Below are positions 19,951 through 31,523 of a stretch of 64,000 nt of DNA, piece after piece. The position numbers and the translations under genes are program-made. The first letter of the stretch is position 1; every line of letters starts with the position of its first letter. Origin of the DNA: an uncultured Gammaproteobacteria bacterium (GTDB taxonomy: Bacteria; Pseudomonadota; Gammaproteobacteria; JACCXJ01); NCBI GenBank assembly GCA_963764725.1, contig CAVXTM010000012.1:288001-352000 (forward strand), read 5' to 3'. Below the pieces are notes generated by a model. The model was not told where the DNA came from, did not search any database, and worked only from the letters and a program-made list of their open reading frames with translations.

Positions 19951-21401
19951 GCAGGGTGATCGTGCGCATACCGATGCCTTTGCGGAGCTTGACGGCGGGC
20001 GCCGAGGAGCTTGCCGTCGAAGGCGCCACGGTCGGGCAAGCGCTCGCATGCTTGGGCGCGGCCCACCCAGGCGTGCTGGCGAGGATTCTAACCCCCGAAG
20101 GCCAGATCCGGCGTTTCGTGAACATCTATTTGGGTGAGGAGAATGTGCACGCGCTCGCGGGCTTGGACACCGCGCTGCCCGAGGGGAGTGTGCTGTCGAT
20201 CATACCGGCGGTCGCCGGGGGAAGTGAGCCGAAAGCGAAGGAACGGCGGCTGATGGACTTGCGCGGCCGCATCAAAGAGATCACCCCCGCCGAGGCGTTC
20301 GTATTACAACAGCGCAGGGCAGCCCTCATCGACGTGCGCGAGCAAGACGAGATCGCGCAAGGCAGCCCGCCCGGCGCTCACCGGCTTGGACGCGGGTTCT
20401 TGGAGCTACGCATCGAGGAAGCGGCGCCTGATCTCGAACACACACTGCTCGTGATGTGCAACGGGGGCGTGCGCTCGCTCTTCGCCGCCGAGGATCTGAT
20501 CCGCCTCGGTTATCGTGACGTGCGTTCGGTCAGCGGCGGGTTTACGCGCTGGAAGAACGAAGGGCTGCCGGTCGAGGCGCCCCAAAGCTTGGACCGCGAA
20601 GCCCGGGAACGCTATTCGCGTCATCTCATGATGCCGGAGGTGGGCGAAGCGGGTCAGCTCAAGCTCCTAAGCTCCAAAGTGCTGCTCATCGGGGCCGGTG
20701 GTTTGGGTTCCCCCGCCGCGCTGTATTTGGCCGCGGCCGGAATAGGCACGCTCGGCATCGTCGATCACGATGTCGTCGATCGCAGCAATCTGCAACGCCA
20801 GATCCTGCACACCGACGCACGGGTCGGCACGCTCAAGGTCGACTCGGCGCGCGCGGCGCTCACGGCCCTCAACCCGGCGGTGACGGTCCAGCCGCATGCA
20901 CGGCGGCTCGATCGTCACAACGTCGAGGAGGTACTAAATGGCCATAACGTCGTCGTGGATGGTTCGGATAACTTCGCCACCCGTTACCTCATTAACGATG
21001 CCTGCGTAAAGCTCGGTTTACCCAATGTTCACGGCGCGGTGTTCCGTTTCGAGGGCCAGGTCTCGGTCTTCTGGCCAGCTTACGCGCGCTTCCGAGGTCC
21101 CTGCTACCGTTGTGTCTATCCCGAGCCGCCTCCTCCAGAGCTGGCCCCTTCCTGCGCCGAGGCGGGGGTCTTAGGCGTACTGCCCGGTGTAGTCGGGTTG
21201 CTGCAGGCGGTTGAGACCGTCAAGCTGCTACTCGGGATCGGCGCGCCTTTGATAGGACGCATGCTCTATTACGAAGCGCTCGCCGCGCGCTTTTCGGAGC
21301 TCAAGCTTGCCCGCAATCGGAATTGCCGTTATTGCGGCGAGGGCGCCGAGTTTCCCGGTTATGCGGATTACGAGGAGTTCTGTCACGCGGCGAGCGCTTG
21401 A
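19947..21401 (+). CDS. Fusion: MoaD/ThiS/CysO ubiquitin-like carrier :: rhodanese :: MoeB/ThiF E1-like adenylyltransferase
   Basis: Residues ~1-92 are a beta-grasp domain ending IIPAVAGG with no stop. Rhodanese IDVRE...MCNGGVRS follows, then E1 RYSRH, GAGGLG, DRSNLQRQ, CYRC, SCAEAGV, CRYC. ATG overlaps the JAB stop (ATGA). Confidence 0.93.
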   Translation: MSRVIVRIPMPLRSLTAGAEELAVEGATVGQALACLGAAHPGVLARILTPEGQIRRFVNIYLGEENVHALAGLDTALPEGSVLSIIPAVAGGSEPKAKERRLMDLRGRIKEITPAEAFVLQQRRAALIDVREQDEIAQGSPPGAHRLGRGFLELRIEEAAPDLEHTLLVMCNGGVRSLFAAEDLIRLGYRDVRSVSGGFTRWKNEGLPVEAPQSLDREARERYSRHLMMPEVGEAGQLKLLSSKVLLIGAGGLGSPAALYLAAAGIGTLGIVDHDVVDRSNLQRQILHTDARVGTLKVDSARAALTALNPAVTVQPHARRLDRHNVEEVLNGHNVVVDGSDNFATRYLINDACVKLGLPNVHGAVFRFEGQVSVFWPAYARFRGPCYRCVYPEPPPPELAPSCAEAGVLGVLPGVVGLLQAVETVKLLLGIGAPLIGRMLYYEALAARFSELKLARNRNCRYCGEGAEFPGYADYEEFCHAASA

Positions 21402-21406
21402 GGCCC

Positions 21407-22348
21407 ATGAGCCGAGCCGAAGATTTTAGAGAATCGGCGGGTATGCTGGCCGCGATCGGGCACACACCCTTGATCGAGCTTGATCTGGCGCCCGATCGAC
21501 CGCGCGCAGTCCGGATCTTCTCCAAGCTCGAAGCGGTCAATCCGGGGGGGTCCGTCAAGGACCGTCCGGTGGCGCGGATGCTCGGCGAGGCGTCGCGCGC
21601 GGGTCGCTTCACGGACGGCCGGCGCTTACTCGATTCCTCCTCGGGGAATGCCGGGATCTCTTACGCGATGTTGGGTGCCGCGCTCGGCATACCTGTCACA
21701 ATCGTGGTCCCGGGAAACGCCAGCCACGAGCGCTTGGATCGCATCGTTGCACACGGGGCGGAGCTCATCCTCACCGATCCCATCAAAGGCTACGATTTTG
21801 CCCTGGAGGAAGCACATCGGCTCGCCGCCGAGCACCCCCATCGTTACTGGTATTGCGACCAGTACAGTAATCCTGGCAATTGGCGCGCCCACTACGATGG
21901 GACCGGCGCCGAGATCCTCGATCAATTAATTGCCCAAGCGCAGGTCGTGCCGGATGCGTTCGTCGCCGGTGTCGGCACCGGAGGCACCCTCACCGGAGCC
22001 GGTAAACGGTTGCGGGAGGTCAATCCGAATCTGCATATCGTGGCGGTGATCCCGGAGCGATTTCCCGGAATCGAGGGGCTCAAACCGCTGGGCGAGCCGG
22101 ATGACATCGTACCCAAGATCCTCGATGAAGCGCTCATCGACGAGCGCGTCCGCGTGAGCAGCGAGCAAGCGGCGGCGATGTGCGTGCGGCTAGCGCGCCA
22201 AGGTCTATACGTGGGTCCGTCTTCGGGGGCTTTCGTGCACGGCGCCCTCGCACTCGCCTCATCCCGCCGTTACCGGACCATCGTAACGGTGCTATCCGAT
22301 ACTGGGGAACGTTATGGGTCTACGGGAATGTGGCGGCGTGCGTCATGA
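21407..22348 (+). CDS. cysM: PLP-dependent cysteine synthase family protein (CysM-like)
   Basis: IGHTPL, KLEAVNPGGSVKDR, SSGNAG, QYSNPGN, GVGTGGT, IEGLK, GPSSGA, DTGERY. Confidence 0.88.
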   Translation: MSRAEDFRESAGMLAAIGHTPLIELDLAPDRPRAVRIFSKLEAVNPGGSVKDRPVARMLGEASRAGRFTDGRRLLDSSSGNAGISYAMLGAALGIPVTIVVPGNASHERLDRIVAHGAELILTDPIKGYDFALEEAHRLAAEHPHRYWYCDQYSNPGNWRAHYDGTGAEILDQLIAQAQVVPDAFVAGVGTGGTLTGAGKRLREVNPNLHIVAVIPERFPGIEGLKPLGEPDDIVPKILDEALIDERVRVSSEQAAAMCVRLARQGLYVGPSSGAFVHGALALASSRRYRTIVTVLSDTGERYGSTGMWRRAS

Positions 22349-22818
22349 GCTTCTCGAGCTGGCTTCAAGCCCTGTTTAAACCCCCGGCGCCCGTCGGCCC
22401 ACCGGAGACGATCCGCGTCTTCACCACAGCCGACCCGACAATAACCGCCGATGGCATTGCCGTTGAGGAGGATGGCTGGATCATCGACGCCCAGCAGTCC
22501 CGGACCGTGCGTCTCTTCGAGGTGCCGCCCCCCGGCGCCGAGCAATGCCTGATCACCTACCGAGCTAAGATGAAATCGCAGGACATAACGGGCCGGGCCT
22601 TCCTCGAGATGTGGTGCCGATTCGGCTGGCGCGGCGAGTTCTTCTCCAAGGGCTTCCGGCAGTCCCTTCAAGGCACCACCTGCTGGGCTAGTTACGAGAT
22701 ACCGTTCTATCTCAAGAAAGGCCAGCGGCCCGATCTCATCAAGCTCAACCTGGTCGTGGAGGGTGCGGGGAAGATCTGGGTTAAAGAAATCGAACTTTTA
22801 AAGACGCCGTTGGGTTAG
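22345..22818 (+). CDS. Hypothetical protein, possible galactose-binding-like beta-sandwich
   Basis: ATG overlaps the cysM stop; beta-rich, with AFLEMWCRF...FFSKG...GTTCW...F...LNLVVEGAGKIW. Confidence 0.7.
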   Translation: MSFSSWLQALFKPPAPVGPPETIRVFTTADPTITADGIAVEEDGWIIDAQQSRTVRLFEVPPPGAEQCLITYRAKMKSQDITGRAFLEMWCRFGWRGEFFSKGFRQSLQGTTCWASYEIPFYLKKGQRPDLIKLNLVVEGAGKIWVKEIELLKTPLG

Positions 22819-22834
22819 GCGTGCGTCCTTGCCG

Positions 22835-22856
22835 ATGTAGCACCTAAGTGCTACAT
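22835..22856. promoter_or_regulatory. Palindromic operator of the toxin-antitoxin promoter
   Basis: ATGTAGCAC-CTAA-GTGCTACAT perfect inverted repeat between TTGCCG (-35-like) and TACATT (-10-like). Confidence 0.7.
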
Positions 22857-22881
22857 TGCAATTTTGCATTGGAGTCCGAAC

Positions 22882-23166
22882 ATGCCCACGACGACGATCC
22901 GGCTGCCGGACGATCTAAAGGCTCGCGTTGCCGCTGCCGCTGAGCGTGCCGGAACTACGGCACATAGCTTTATTCTAGAGGCGATCGCCGAGAAAGCGGA
23001 TCAGGCGGAGCGCCGCGCAGACTTTCATGACGTTGCCGAGAAGCGCTACGCCGATCTCGTCGCTTCCGGTAAGACGATCCCCTGGGAAAAAATGCGCAGC
23101 TATCTTGAAGATCGCATCGCGGGGAAACCCGTAGCTCGCCCGCTGGCTAAGAAAATGGCTCGCTGA
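22882..23166 (+). CDS. CopG/ribbon-helix-helix antitoxin
   Basis: MPTTTIRLPDDLKARVAAAAERAGTTAHSFILEAI...GKTIPW; RBS GGAG. Confidence 0.88.
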   Translation: MPTTTIRLPDDLKARVAAAAERAGTTAHSFILEAIAEKADQAERRADFHDVAEKRYADLVASGKTIPWEKMRSYLEDRIAGKPVARPLAKKMAR

Positions 23167-23168
23167 AG

Positions 23169-23292
23169 ATGGCCCGGATCGAGTTGGCCCCTGAGATTCG
23201 GGGTGACTTCGATCGCATCCTCGATCATCTCACGGAGCGCGCTGTTGAAGATGCGCCTGGCCGTATCAGAGAAATTGTCCAGGCAGTTGACG
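23169..23292 (+). pseudogene. Truncated RelE/ParE toxin
   Basis: MARIELAPEIRGDFDRILDHL...RIREIVQAVD matches the ParE N-terminal half, then similarity ends. Confidence 0.75.
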
Positions 23293-23611
23293 AAGCGGAC
23301 TGCTGCTCGTCAAGCTACGCTTCGGCGTTACTGCTGTCTAGGGCGGTTTAAGGGCGCTGGTCTTCACAAAATGCTGGAGGGCGGCGTCCGGCATGAATGG
23401 CCGCTGATGGCTACCGGCTGCCACCTGGCCCTCGCGGCGAATATCCGCTGTTTGGCTGATAGGAAGGCGGCGAGCCAGGACTCGGTGAGGCAGCTGTGGG
23501 TCGCCTACCGCCTGTTCCCTTGTCGGCCAGAAGCGGACAGCGCTCCGGCTCCGCTCAACGACTGGCGTTTGCGTTCTCACACGCTCAGTAGTCAACATTT
23601 CGGACATGACG

Positions 23612-23735
23612 TCAGCCCCGCCGCGCCGCTTCGATCGTGGAGATGTCGATCTTTTTCATCGTCATCATCGCTTCAAACGCACGCTTGGCCGCTGCGCGAT
23701 CGGGGTCGGAGAGCGCGGCGATGAGGGCGCGCGAT
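23612..23735 (-). pseudogene. C-terminal fragment of a PhnB-like VOC protein
   Basis: ALIAALSDPDRAAAKRAFEAMMTMKKIDISTIEAARRG*. Confidence 0.75.
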
Positions 23736-24307
23736 TGGTGCTCTACACAAGGCGGATGCCTTCGAGGAAACGGATAAAATTGGAGCTTAGAGACATTTGC
23801 AGTCCTAGTCTGTGGCGGCCCCCACCCAGCGGAGGCGAGATCTGCACACGCACTGTAGCGCGCTCGATCTGGTACTAAGCTTAACCTATGCCCCACGAAG
23901 AAAAGCTCGAACCTCTCTCCCAAGCGATCCGCCTGATGGAAGTATGCGGGCTATTCGGCTTCTTGCCTCATCTGGCTGGAGCGAGCGCGTCTTGCAGCCG
24001 GACATCAAAAAACTGCTCGCTGAGCACGAGAAATCGCTCTTCATGCTGTTTGAGCGTGCGGCCAATGCATGTGCTTTGTTTGGAGATCTGAGTCCGCTCG
24101 CTTTTCTGGCCGCATGTTCGCCAGAAGAGAAAGCGCGTGTCGCATTGGGTGAGATCTCGGATGTGGAGGTGCAAGCAGTGGGGATATTTGCCCGGCTCGT
24201 GGTTGAGCATCGAGCTGTTGTGCATTGATCTATTATTCGCCAAACACTTCGTAAAAGAGATCCTTCATCGCTGCCCACGATGGCTTATCTGCCTATAGGC
24301 GAGTACT

Positions 24308-24626
24308 ATGAACATTCCCATGTATCAAGCATCGATTACCTTCTGCATCAAGTCGATGAGCAACCTCGCCCGCGTGGATCCCAGCGTTCTCATTAATGCG
24401 TCGCGCCAGGTCCAGATTGCCACCGACGTCGCCAAAGGGTGTGGCCTCGCGGTTAGCGGGGTTGGAACCGCCGAAATTTGAAGACAATGAGCAGATCTTC
24501 AACGAACTCAAGAGATGCGTTGGCAAAACCGTTGCCCACTTAGAGACGTTCTCACCGGCAAAAATCGACGGCAGTGAAGATAGGACAATATCGTTCACCG
24601 TCAGCGGCAGCCCAGGCGGCGCCTAA
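24308..24626 (+). pseudogene. DUF1993-family gene remnant with internal deletions and a frameshift
   Basis: MNIPMYQASI...NLA / DPSVLINA / RQVQIATDVAKG / SRLAGLEPPKFEDNE...IDGSEDRTI. Confidence 0.75.
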
Positions 24627-24672
24627 TCCAATTCGCTCGGCCATGGAGTTTTATCTTTGAGGATCTTGAATC

Positions 24673-25377
24673 GTGAAGTTCACCAGTGACCCTTGGGATG
24701 CGCTCTTCAAAATGCTCTCGATCGTCCTTGTCCCACTGACCGTGGCCGGGATGGGCTGGTACTGGACGCAATGGCAGCAGAACGTCAACGATTTGAAGGC
24801 CATGATCGATCTCGTCACGGACAAGTCACCAGAAAAGCAAAAATATGGCATCGCCATGTTCGAGTACCTGGCCAAGAAAGGCAAAGTGCCGGTCGAGTTC
24901 CTGGCAGCTCAGATCGATTACGCGACGACAGCACAGAACCCCGAGCTGCTGCCCATGCTCGAGGTCGCGATCCAGAGCGCGGCCAAAGAGAACCCCGACG
25001 TCGAGGAGGCCTACCGCATCGCGCTGCTCAGGCGGCCGTCGCGCGTGTTCATCCATGTTCCGAATAATCAGGTCTACGATTGCTTGGTGAAGCTGCGCGA
25101 AAGTTTCAAGGACGCGGACAGGGCCTCGATCTTTTTCCCGGCGGTTCGCACGTATCCGGGCTATGCCGAGTCGAACCAGGAGCTCCGCTTCTTCCATATC
25201 TCCGACATGGCGCGCGCCGAGCAGATCGCTGGGCTGTTCGGCACGCTGGGCTTGGAGCTCGAGGTCAAGGATCTTTCTCAGACAGTGTGGGCCGCCAAAA
25301 CTTCTCCCAACAGTTACGAGCTATGGTTCAGCGGCAAACAGCTGCCACCGCTCTGCCACCTGCAGACTAGCGATTGA
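24673..25377 (+). CDS. Hypothetical membrane-anchored protein
   Basis: N-terminal TM helix; C-terminal ELRFFH...AEQIA...YELWF; coding-like codon bias. Confidence 0.7.
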   Translation: MKFTSDPWDALFKMLSIVLVPLTVAGMGWYWTQWQQNVNDLKAMIDLVTDKSPEKQKYGIAMFEYLAKKGKVPVEFLAAQIDYATTAQNPELLPMLEVAIQSAAKENPDVEEAYRIALLRRPSRVFIHVPNNQVYDCLVKLRESFKDADRASIFFPAVRTYPGYAESNQELRFFHISDMARAEQIAGLFGTLGLELEVKDLSQTVWAAKTSPNSYELWFSGKQLPPLCHLQTSD

Positions 25378-25703
25378 TCTACGCGGTAGGTCTTCAGAAC
25401 ACCGGTAACAATGTCCAGCTCACTACCAACTTACCTTGCCTGCAGGCCAATAAACGCTGTTTCCAAGGGCCCGGGGCGGACGTGCCCGCAGAGTCGTTCA
25501 GTGGCATTCGGCTTAGGTGCGCTGCGATCGAACGCGTGATGCATAAAGTGCAACTTCGGTTACCTCGGCAGCGCCGCTGACGAGGAGCGTTCAGCGACCG
25601 CTTTGAGGTAAATCACGATGTCGGTGTGAATGACCGCTCCGGGTCGGCAAGCCGAAATTCAAACTGAGGCACTACCAATGTTGTGCGTCGCTGGAGTTCT
25701 CCT

Positions 25704-26447
25704 CTACAACTGCGCCAAGATCTCTTCGCTCATCTCGGCGTTCGAATAGACGTTCTGAACGTCATCGAGGTCCTCCAGCGCTTCGATCAAACGCGTCATT
25801 TTCTGGGCGTTCTCCAAGTCGAGGGTCGCACTGGTCGAGGCACGCATCGTGATTCCGGCGTCCTCCGGACTTAGGCCTCGGGCAAGCATCGCGTCCTTGA
25901 CCTTCCCGAAGTCCTCTGGGACCGTGATGACGTCCATCGAACCATCGTCGTTTACCACGACGTCGTCGGCGCCGGCATCCAGCGCAATCTCCATGATTTG
26001 GTCTTCGTCGCTGCCCTTGGGGTAGGACAGCACCCCTTGTTTTTTAAACAGATACGCGACGGAGCCGTCGGTGCCCATGCTGCCGCCGGCCTTGGAAAAG
26101 GCATGGCGGACTTCCGCGACCGTGCGGTTGCGGTTATTGGTCATACAGTCCACCAGGATCGCAATCCCGCCCGGGCCGTAGCCTTCATAGCGGATTTCTT
26201 CGAACTGCTCGCCTTCGACACCTCCCGTTCCGCGCTTGATCGCCCGCTCGACGGTGTCCTTGGACATGTTATTGGAGAGACCAGCATCCATGGCGGCGCG
26301 CAGGCGTGGGTTGCTTCCGGCGTCACCGCCACCCATGCGGGCGGCGACCGTGATCTCGCGGATAAGTTTCGTGAACAACTTACCGCGCTTTGCGTCCTGC
26401 GCGCCCTTGCGATGCTGGATATTCGCCCATTTACTGTGTCCCGCCAT
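25704..26447 (-). CDS. yebC: YebC/PmpR family protein
   Basis: [46 protein letters not shown]. Confidence 0.97.
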   Translation of the reverse strand: MAGHSKWANIQHRKGAQDAKRGKLFTKLIREITVAARMGGGDAGSNPRLRAAMDAGLSNNMSKDTVERAIKRGTGGVEGEQFEEIRYEGYGPGGIAILVDCMTNNRNRTVAEVRHAFSKAGGSMGTDGSVAYLFKKQGVLSYPKGSDEDQIMEIALDAGADDVVVNDDGSMDVITVPEDFGKVKDAMLARGLSPEDAGITMRASTSATLDLENAQKMTRLIEALEDLDDVQNVYSNAEMSEEILAQL

Positions 26448-26580
26448 GATGATCAATTTCCAGTGTTTCCGAATCAAGAAAGTCTACCGCAAATCCAGGC
26501 TCGGGGGATCAGGATTTGCCACGCGAGCGGCCGTGCCAGGGTGGCATCGTGGCTACCACACCACAGCGTGGAACGCTTGG

Positions 26581-26716
26581 GGAGACTCTGAATAAGTGTT
26601 ATGAGCACGCCCAGCTGCGCGAAGCCGCGCAGCGAGACGCGAGACATATCATGTAGATAGGCGAGCGAGCACGCGACAAAGCAGATGGGCGGCGCAGTAG
26701 CTTATTCAGAGTTTCC
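26581..26716 (+). mobile_element. MITE with IS5-type terminal inverted repeats (copy 2)
   Basis: Ends GGAGACTCTGAATAAG / CTTATTCAGAGTTTCC, flanks TTGG/TTAG; shares the core GAGACATATCA.GTAGATAGGCGAGCGA with copy 1. Confidence 0.85.
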
Positions 26717-27088
26717 TTAGCGCTTGCGTTCACGTTCGGCCAAGTACCGTTCCGCTTTTTGCTTGTTAATAGCCCTGAGCTTGGTATAACCGTCCTCGAG
26801 GGTGGGTGAAGAAGTATCCACGGCGGGGGCGGCATCCGGCCGCCGTTTGCGGGCGCGCAGCGCCGCTCTAATCGCACTCACAGTGCCTAAAAGCGCTCCG
26901 GCACCGGCGCCCATCGCAGCATAGAGCGGTAACCCCATAACATCGATCATCATGGTTTTGATCGGGACCGATACGACCGAATACCCGGACGACGTGATGA
27001 TGCAGTAGCGGTAAAGGGCAATGATCACGGCGCTCGTAAGCGCGCCGATGACCGACCACCGCAAAACCGTGAGCACTAGCTTCATCAC
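26717..27088 (-). CDS. Hypothetical two-TM membrane protein
   Basis: Two hydrophobic segments and a basic tail; lies between nadA and yebC on the same strand. Confidence 0.6.
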   Translation of the reverse strand: MMKLVLTVLRWSVIGALTSAVIIALYRYCIITSSGYSVVSVPIKTMMIDVMGLPLYAAMGAGAGALLGTVSAIRAALRARKRRPDAAPAVDTSSPTLEDGYTKLRAINKQKAERYLAERERKR

Positions 27089-27181
27089 TCTCGGTCCCTT
27101 AGACGACTACGCCAGACCCGATGTCGCCGGCCACACTCGGCTGCATGTCGATTATCCCGCAAGCGGAAGCGCTCACGCGAA

Positions 27182-28264
27182 CTACGCGTCGTTCGTACCG
27201 AAAACGGCCTGACCGCGCGCCTTGGTAAAGTCGAGCAGACGCATGATCGGCACGCGTGCCCGGGCGGCGATCTGGGGATCCAGCAGGATTTCATTGTCCC
27301 CGTTTTCAAGGCAGGCCGCGAGGTTTCCAAGCCCATTCATCGCCATCCAGGGGCAGTGTCCACAGCTCTTGCAGGTGGCGCTGCGGCCGGCCGTGGGCGC
27401 CTCGATGAGCTGTTTGCCCGGAGCGGCCTGCTGCATCTTGTAAAAGATGCCTTTGTCAGTGGCTACAATGAATTTGGAAGCATCGAGCTCGCGCGCCGCT
27501 TTGATGAGCGCGCTCGTCGAGCCGACCGCGTCCGCCTGCGCCACGACCGACGCGGGGGATTCCGGATGCACCAAGACCTTGGCATCGGGATGCTGCCTGC
27601 GGAGCGCTTCGAGCTCGAGTCCTTTAAATTCCTCATGCACCACACAGGCCGCGTTCCAAAGGACCATATCGGCGCCCGTCTGCTCACGGATGTAGCCGCC
27701 CAAATACTTATCCGGCGCCCAGAGGATTTTCTCCCCGCGCGCCGCGAGATGCGCGACGATCTCGACCGCGCTGCTCGAGGTGACGACCCAGTCGGCGCGC
27801 GCCTTGACCCTGGCGCTGGTGTTGGCATAGACGACCACGGTGCGATCGGGATGGGCATCGCAAAAGACCGAAAACTCCTCGGCCGGGCAGCCGAGATCGA
27901 GCGAGCAAGTCGCCTCCAGATCCGGCATCAGCACGCGCTTCTCGGGGTTCAGGATCTTGGCGGTCTCGCCCATGAAGCGCACGCCGGCAACGACCAAGGT
28001 CGATGCTGGGTGCTCATAACCGAAACGGGCCATATCGAGGGAGTCGGAAACATGACCTCCGGTCTCGTCGGCGAGCTGCTGCAGTGCCGCGTCTGTGTAA
28101 TAATGCGCAACGATCACCGCTTTTCTTTTCCTCAGCAGGCGCTTAATCTTGCCCACGAGACGCACGCGTTCCTCAGGTTCGAGTTGCTCGGTCACCGTTT
28201 CCGGTACCTCGTACGAACGTGTTTTTACCGGGTGACGTTCTCGAATCGGACTAAAACTGATCAT
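27182..28264 (-). CDS. nadA: Quinolinate synthase
   Basis: [60 protein letters not shown]. Confidence 0.97.
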   Translation of the reverse strand: MISFSPIRERHPVKTRSYEVPETVTEQLEPEERVRLVGKIKRLLRKRKAVIVAHYYTDAALQQLADETGGHVSDSLDMARFGYEHPASTLVVAGVRFMGETAKILNPEKRVLMPDLEATCSLDLGCPAEEFSVFCDAHPDRTVVVYANTSARVKARADWVVTSSSAVEIVAHLAARGEKILWAPDKYLGGYIREQTGADMVLWNAACVVHEEFKGLELEALRRQHPDAKVLVHPESPASVVAQADAVGSTSALIKAARELDASKFIVATDKGIFYKMQQAAPGKQLIEAPTAGRSATCKSCGHCPWMAMNGLGNLAACLENGDNEILLDPQIAARARVPIMRLLDFTKARGQAVFGTNDA

Positions 28265-28462
28265 ATCTCTGAGGTTCTAGTGGAAACTCAAATATATTCC
28301 GTGCCGGCGCACGCCGCTGTGCCATTTGACATGGCAAACTCCGTGATAATTTCCGCTACCTCACGGCGAATGAGTAGCAATCGCAGTTGTGATCCTGGAT
28401 GATGAACGGCACGACGTCGGTAGAGACCGAGGGATGAGGATAGTCGTAGGGTGCATACCAGG

Positions 28463-30241
<1,779 letters not shown>

Positions 30242-30362
30242 CGTACCCCCGACGCTCGCTTTGCAACGAAAATGGCAATGGTACGGGCTGCTTCAGACGG
30301 GCGCAATGCGAGCAGATCAATCCCTTGAGGGCCGTCAAAGCCAAACGAGTGTGCGGTCGCTA

Positions 30363-30674
30363 TTAATCGGCCGTTGTGGTTGGCGATTTCGACTCGGCCG
30401 AGGCACTCGTGCCGGATCCGCTTCCGGTCTCTTCCTTTGGGGCAGCGGCTTTTTCGCTCTTATCCTCTCCTTTGTCGCCGGTTTGCGTGCCCTTGTTCTT
30501 GAAGTCCGTGGCATACCAGCCCGAGCCCTTGAGTCGGAAACCGGCCGCGGAAACTAATCTTCTTAAGCTTTGAGCTTCGCAGGCGGGACATTGCGACAGC
30601 GGTTCATCGCCGATCTGCTGTAAGATCTCAACACGCTGCCCGCAATCGGCGCATTCATACTCGTAGAAAGGCAT
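30363..30674 (-). CDS. FmdB family zinc-ribbon protein
   Basis: MPFYEYECADCG...CPAC...GFRLKGSGWYATD. Confidence 0.93.
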   Translation of the reverse strand: MPFYEYECADCGQRVEILQQIGDEPLSQCPACEAQSLRRLVSAAGFRLKGSGWYATDFKNKGTQTGDKGEDKSEKAAAPKEETGSGSGTSASAESKSPTTTAD

Positions 30675-30840
30675 AAGAAACTACTCGTCTTGTGGATCCG
30701 TTATACCAACATAACGGCTACCGCTGAAAAATCAAGAGCGTCCGGCGCGCTGGCGCCGCCCTCGCTGCACGGATCCTTGAACCGGATATTCGCTTTTTTC
30801 TCCGTTGCGTATTCGGTATCATGTCCTCCCCTCGATACCG

Positions 30841-30916
30841 GGGCCGTTAGCTCAGTCGGTAGAGCAGCGGACTTTTAATCCGTTGGTCGCAGGTTCGACT
30901 CCTGCACGGCCCACCA
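30841..30916 (+). tRNA. tRNA-Lys(UUU)
   Basis: Acceptor stem GGGCCGT/ACGGCCC-A-CCA, D arm AGCTCAGTCGGTAGAGC, anticodon arm GCGGA-CTTTTAA-TCCGT, T loop GGTTCGACTCC. Confidence 0.98.
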
Positions 30917-30944
30917 AACACGAACAGACCATTGGAAGGCCGAA

Positions 30945-31177
30945 ATGTACAATCAACGCGCTGTCATGGTCGAAATTCACGCAAATCGGCGCGTCCGATT
31001 GCGCCACATCCTCGATCGGTTCGACAATAATCAGTTGACGTTGGCGCGGGCCGTCGAGATAACCCATCATTCTTCGGTAGCGTCTTAAGTGGTCAAGAGA
31101 ATTTAGGCGAGGGCGGCGCACGGCAAATCGAAGCCGCGATCGAGCTGCCTGATGGCTGGATGGATCGCGGGAGCTAA
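30945..31177 (+). pseudogene. Phage CI/XRE-type HTH repressor N-terminal domain with a 1-nt frameshift
   Basis: MVEIHANRRVRLRHILDRFDNNQLTLARAVEIT; adding one C at CCC 31063-65 gives PSFFGSVLSGQENLGEGGARQIEAAIELPDGWMDRGS*. Not in the ORF track. Confidence 0.7.
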
Positions 31178-31523
31178 AAAAAGAGCGTAAGTCCAAGCGA
31201 CCACAACGCGTCGCGGCCTGAGGTGGCGGGACATGCATCACAGGCAACCGTGGCGAATACCGCTTCGAGTCTTTGCAGCAAGGTTGGGTTTAATCCTTGC
31301 GCCCTTAGCGGAATTCCCCGCGCAGTACCCCATCGGGATCGGGCGCGGAGCGTGGCGCCCAACGCGGTACGCCATCGGGATACCCTCGCCATGATAGTTG
31401 TGCTATTTACGTGTCATAATACTAGTCGGTACGCTCCAGGCGCTGCGCGATCCGATCTATTCTTCTGCTCTGCTGGTAATATGATCCCAATATAAAGCAG
31501 ATGCGTTCATTTACAATCCCGAT

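Noticed and set aside
19534-21401. JAB + E1 + ubiquitin-like genes as a CBASS or Bil-type antiphage conjugation system
   Set aside because: No E2 domain or CD-NTase; the rhodanese and the coupled cysteine synthase point to sulfur transfer.
23812-24290. Overlapping ORFs on both strands
   Set aside because: Possibly a gene remnant, but neither strand gives a recognisable family.
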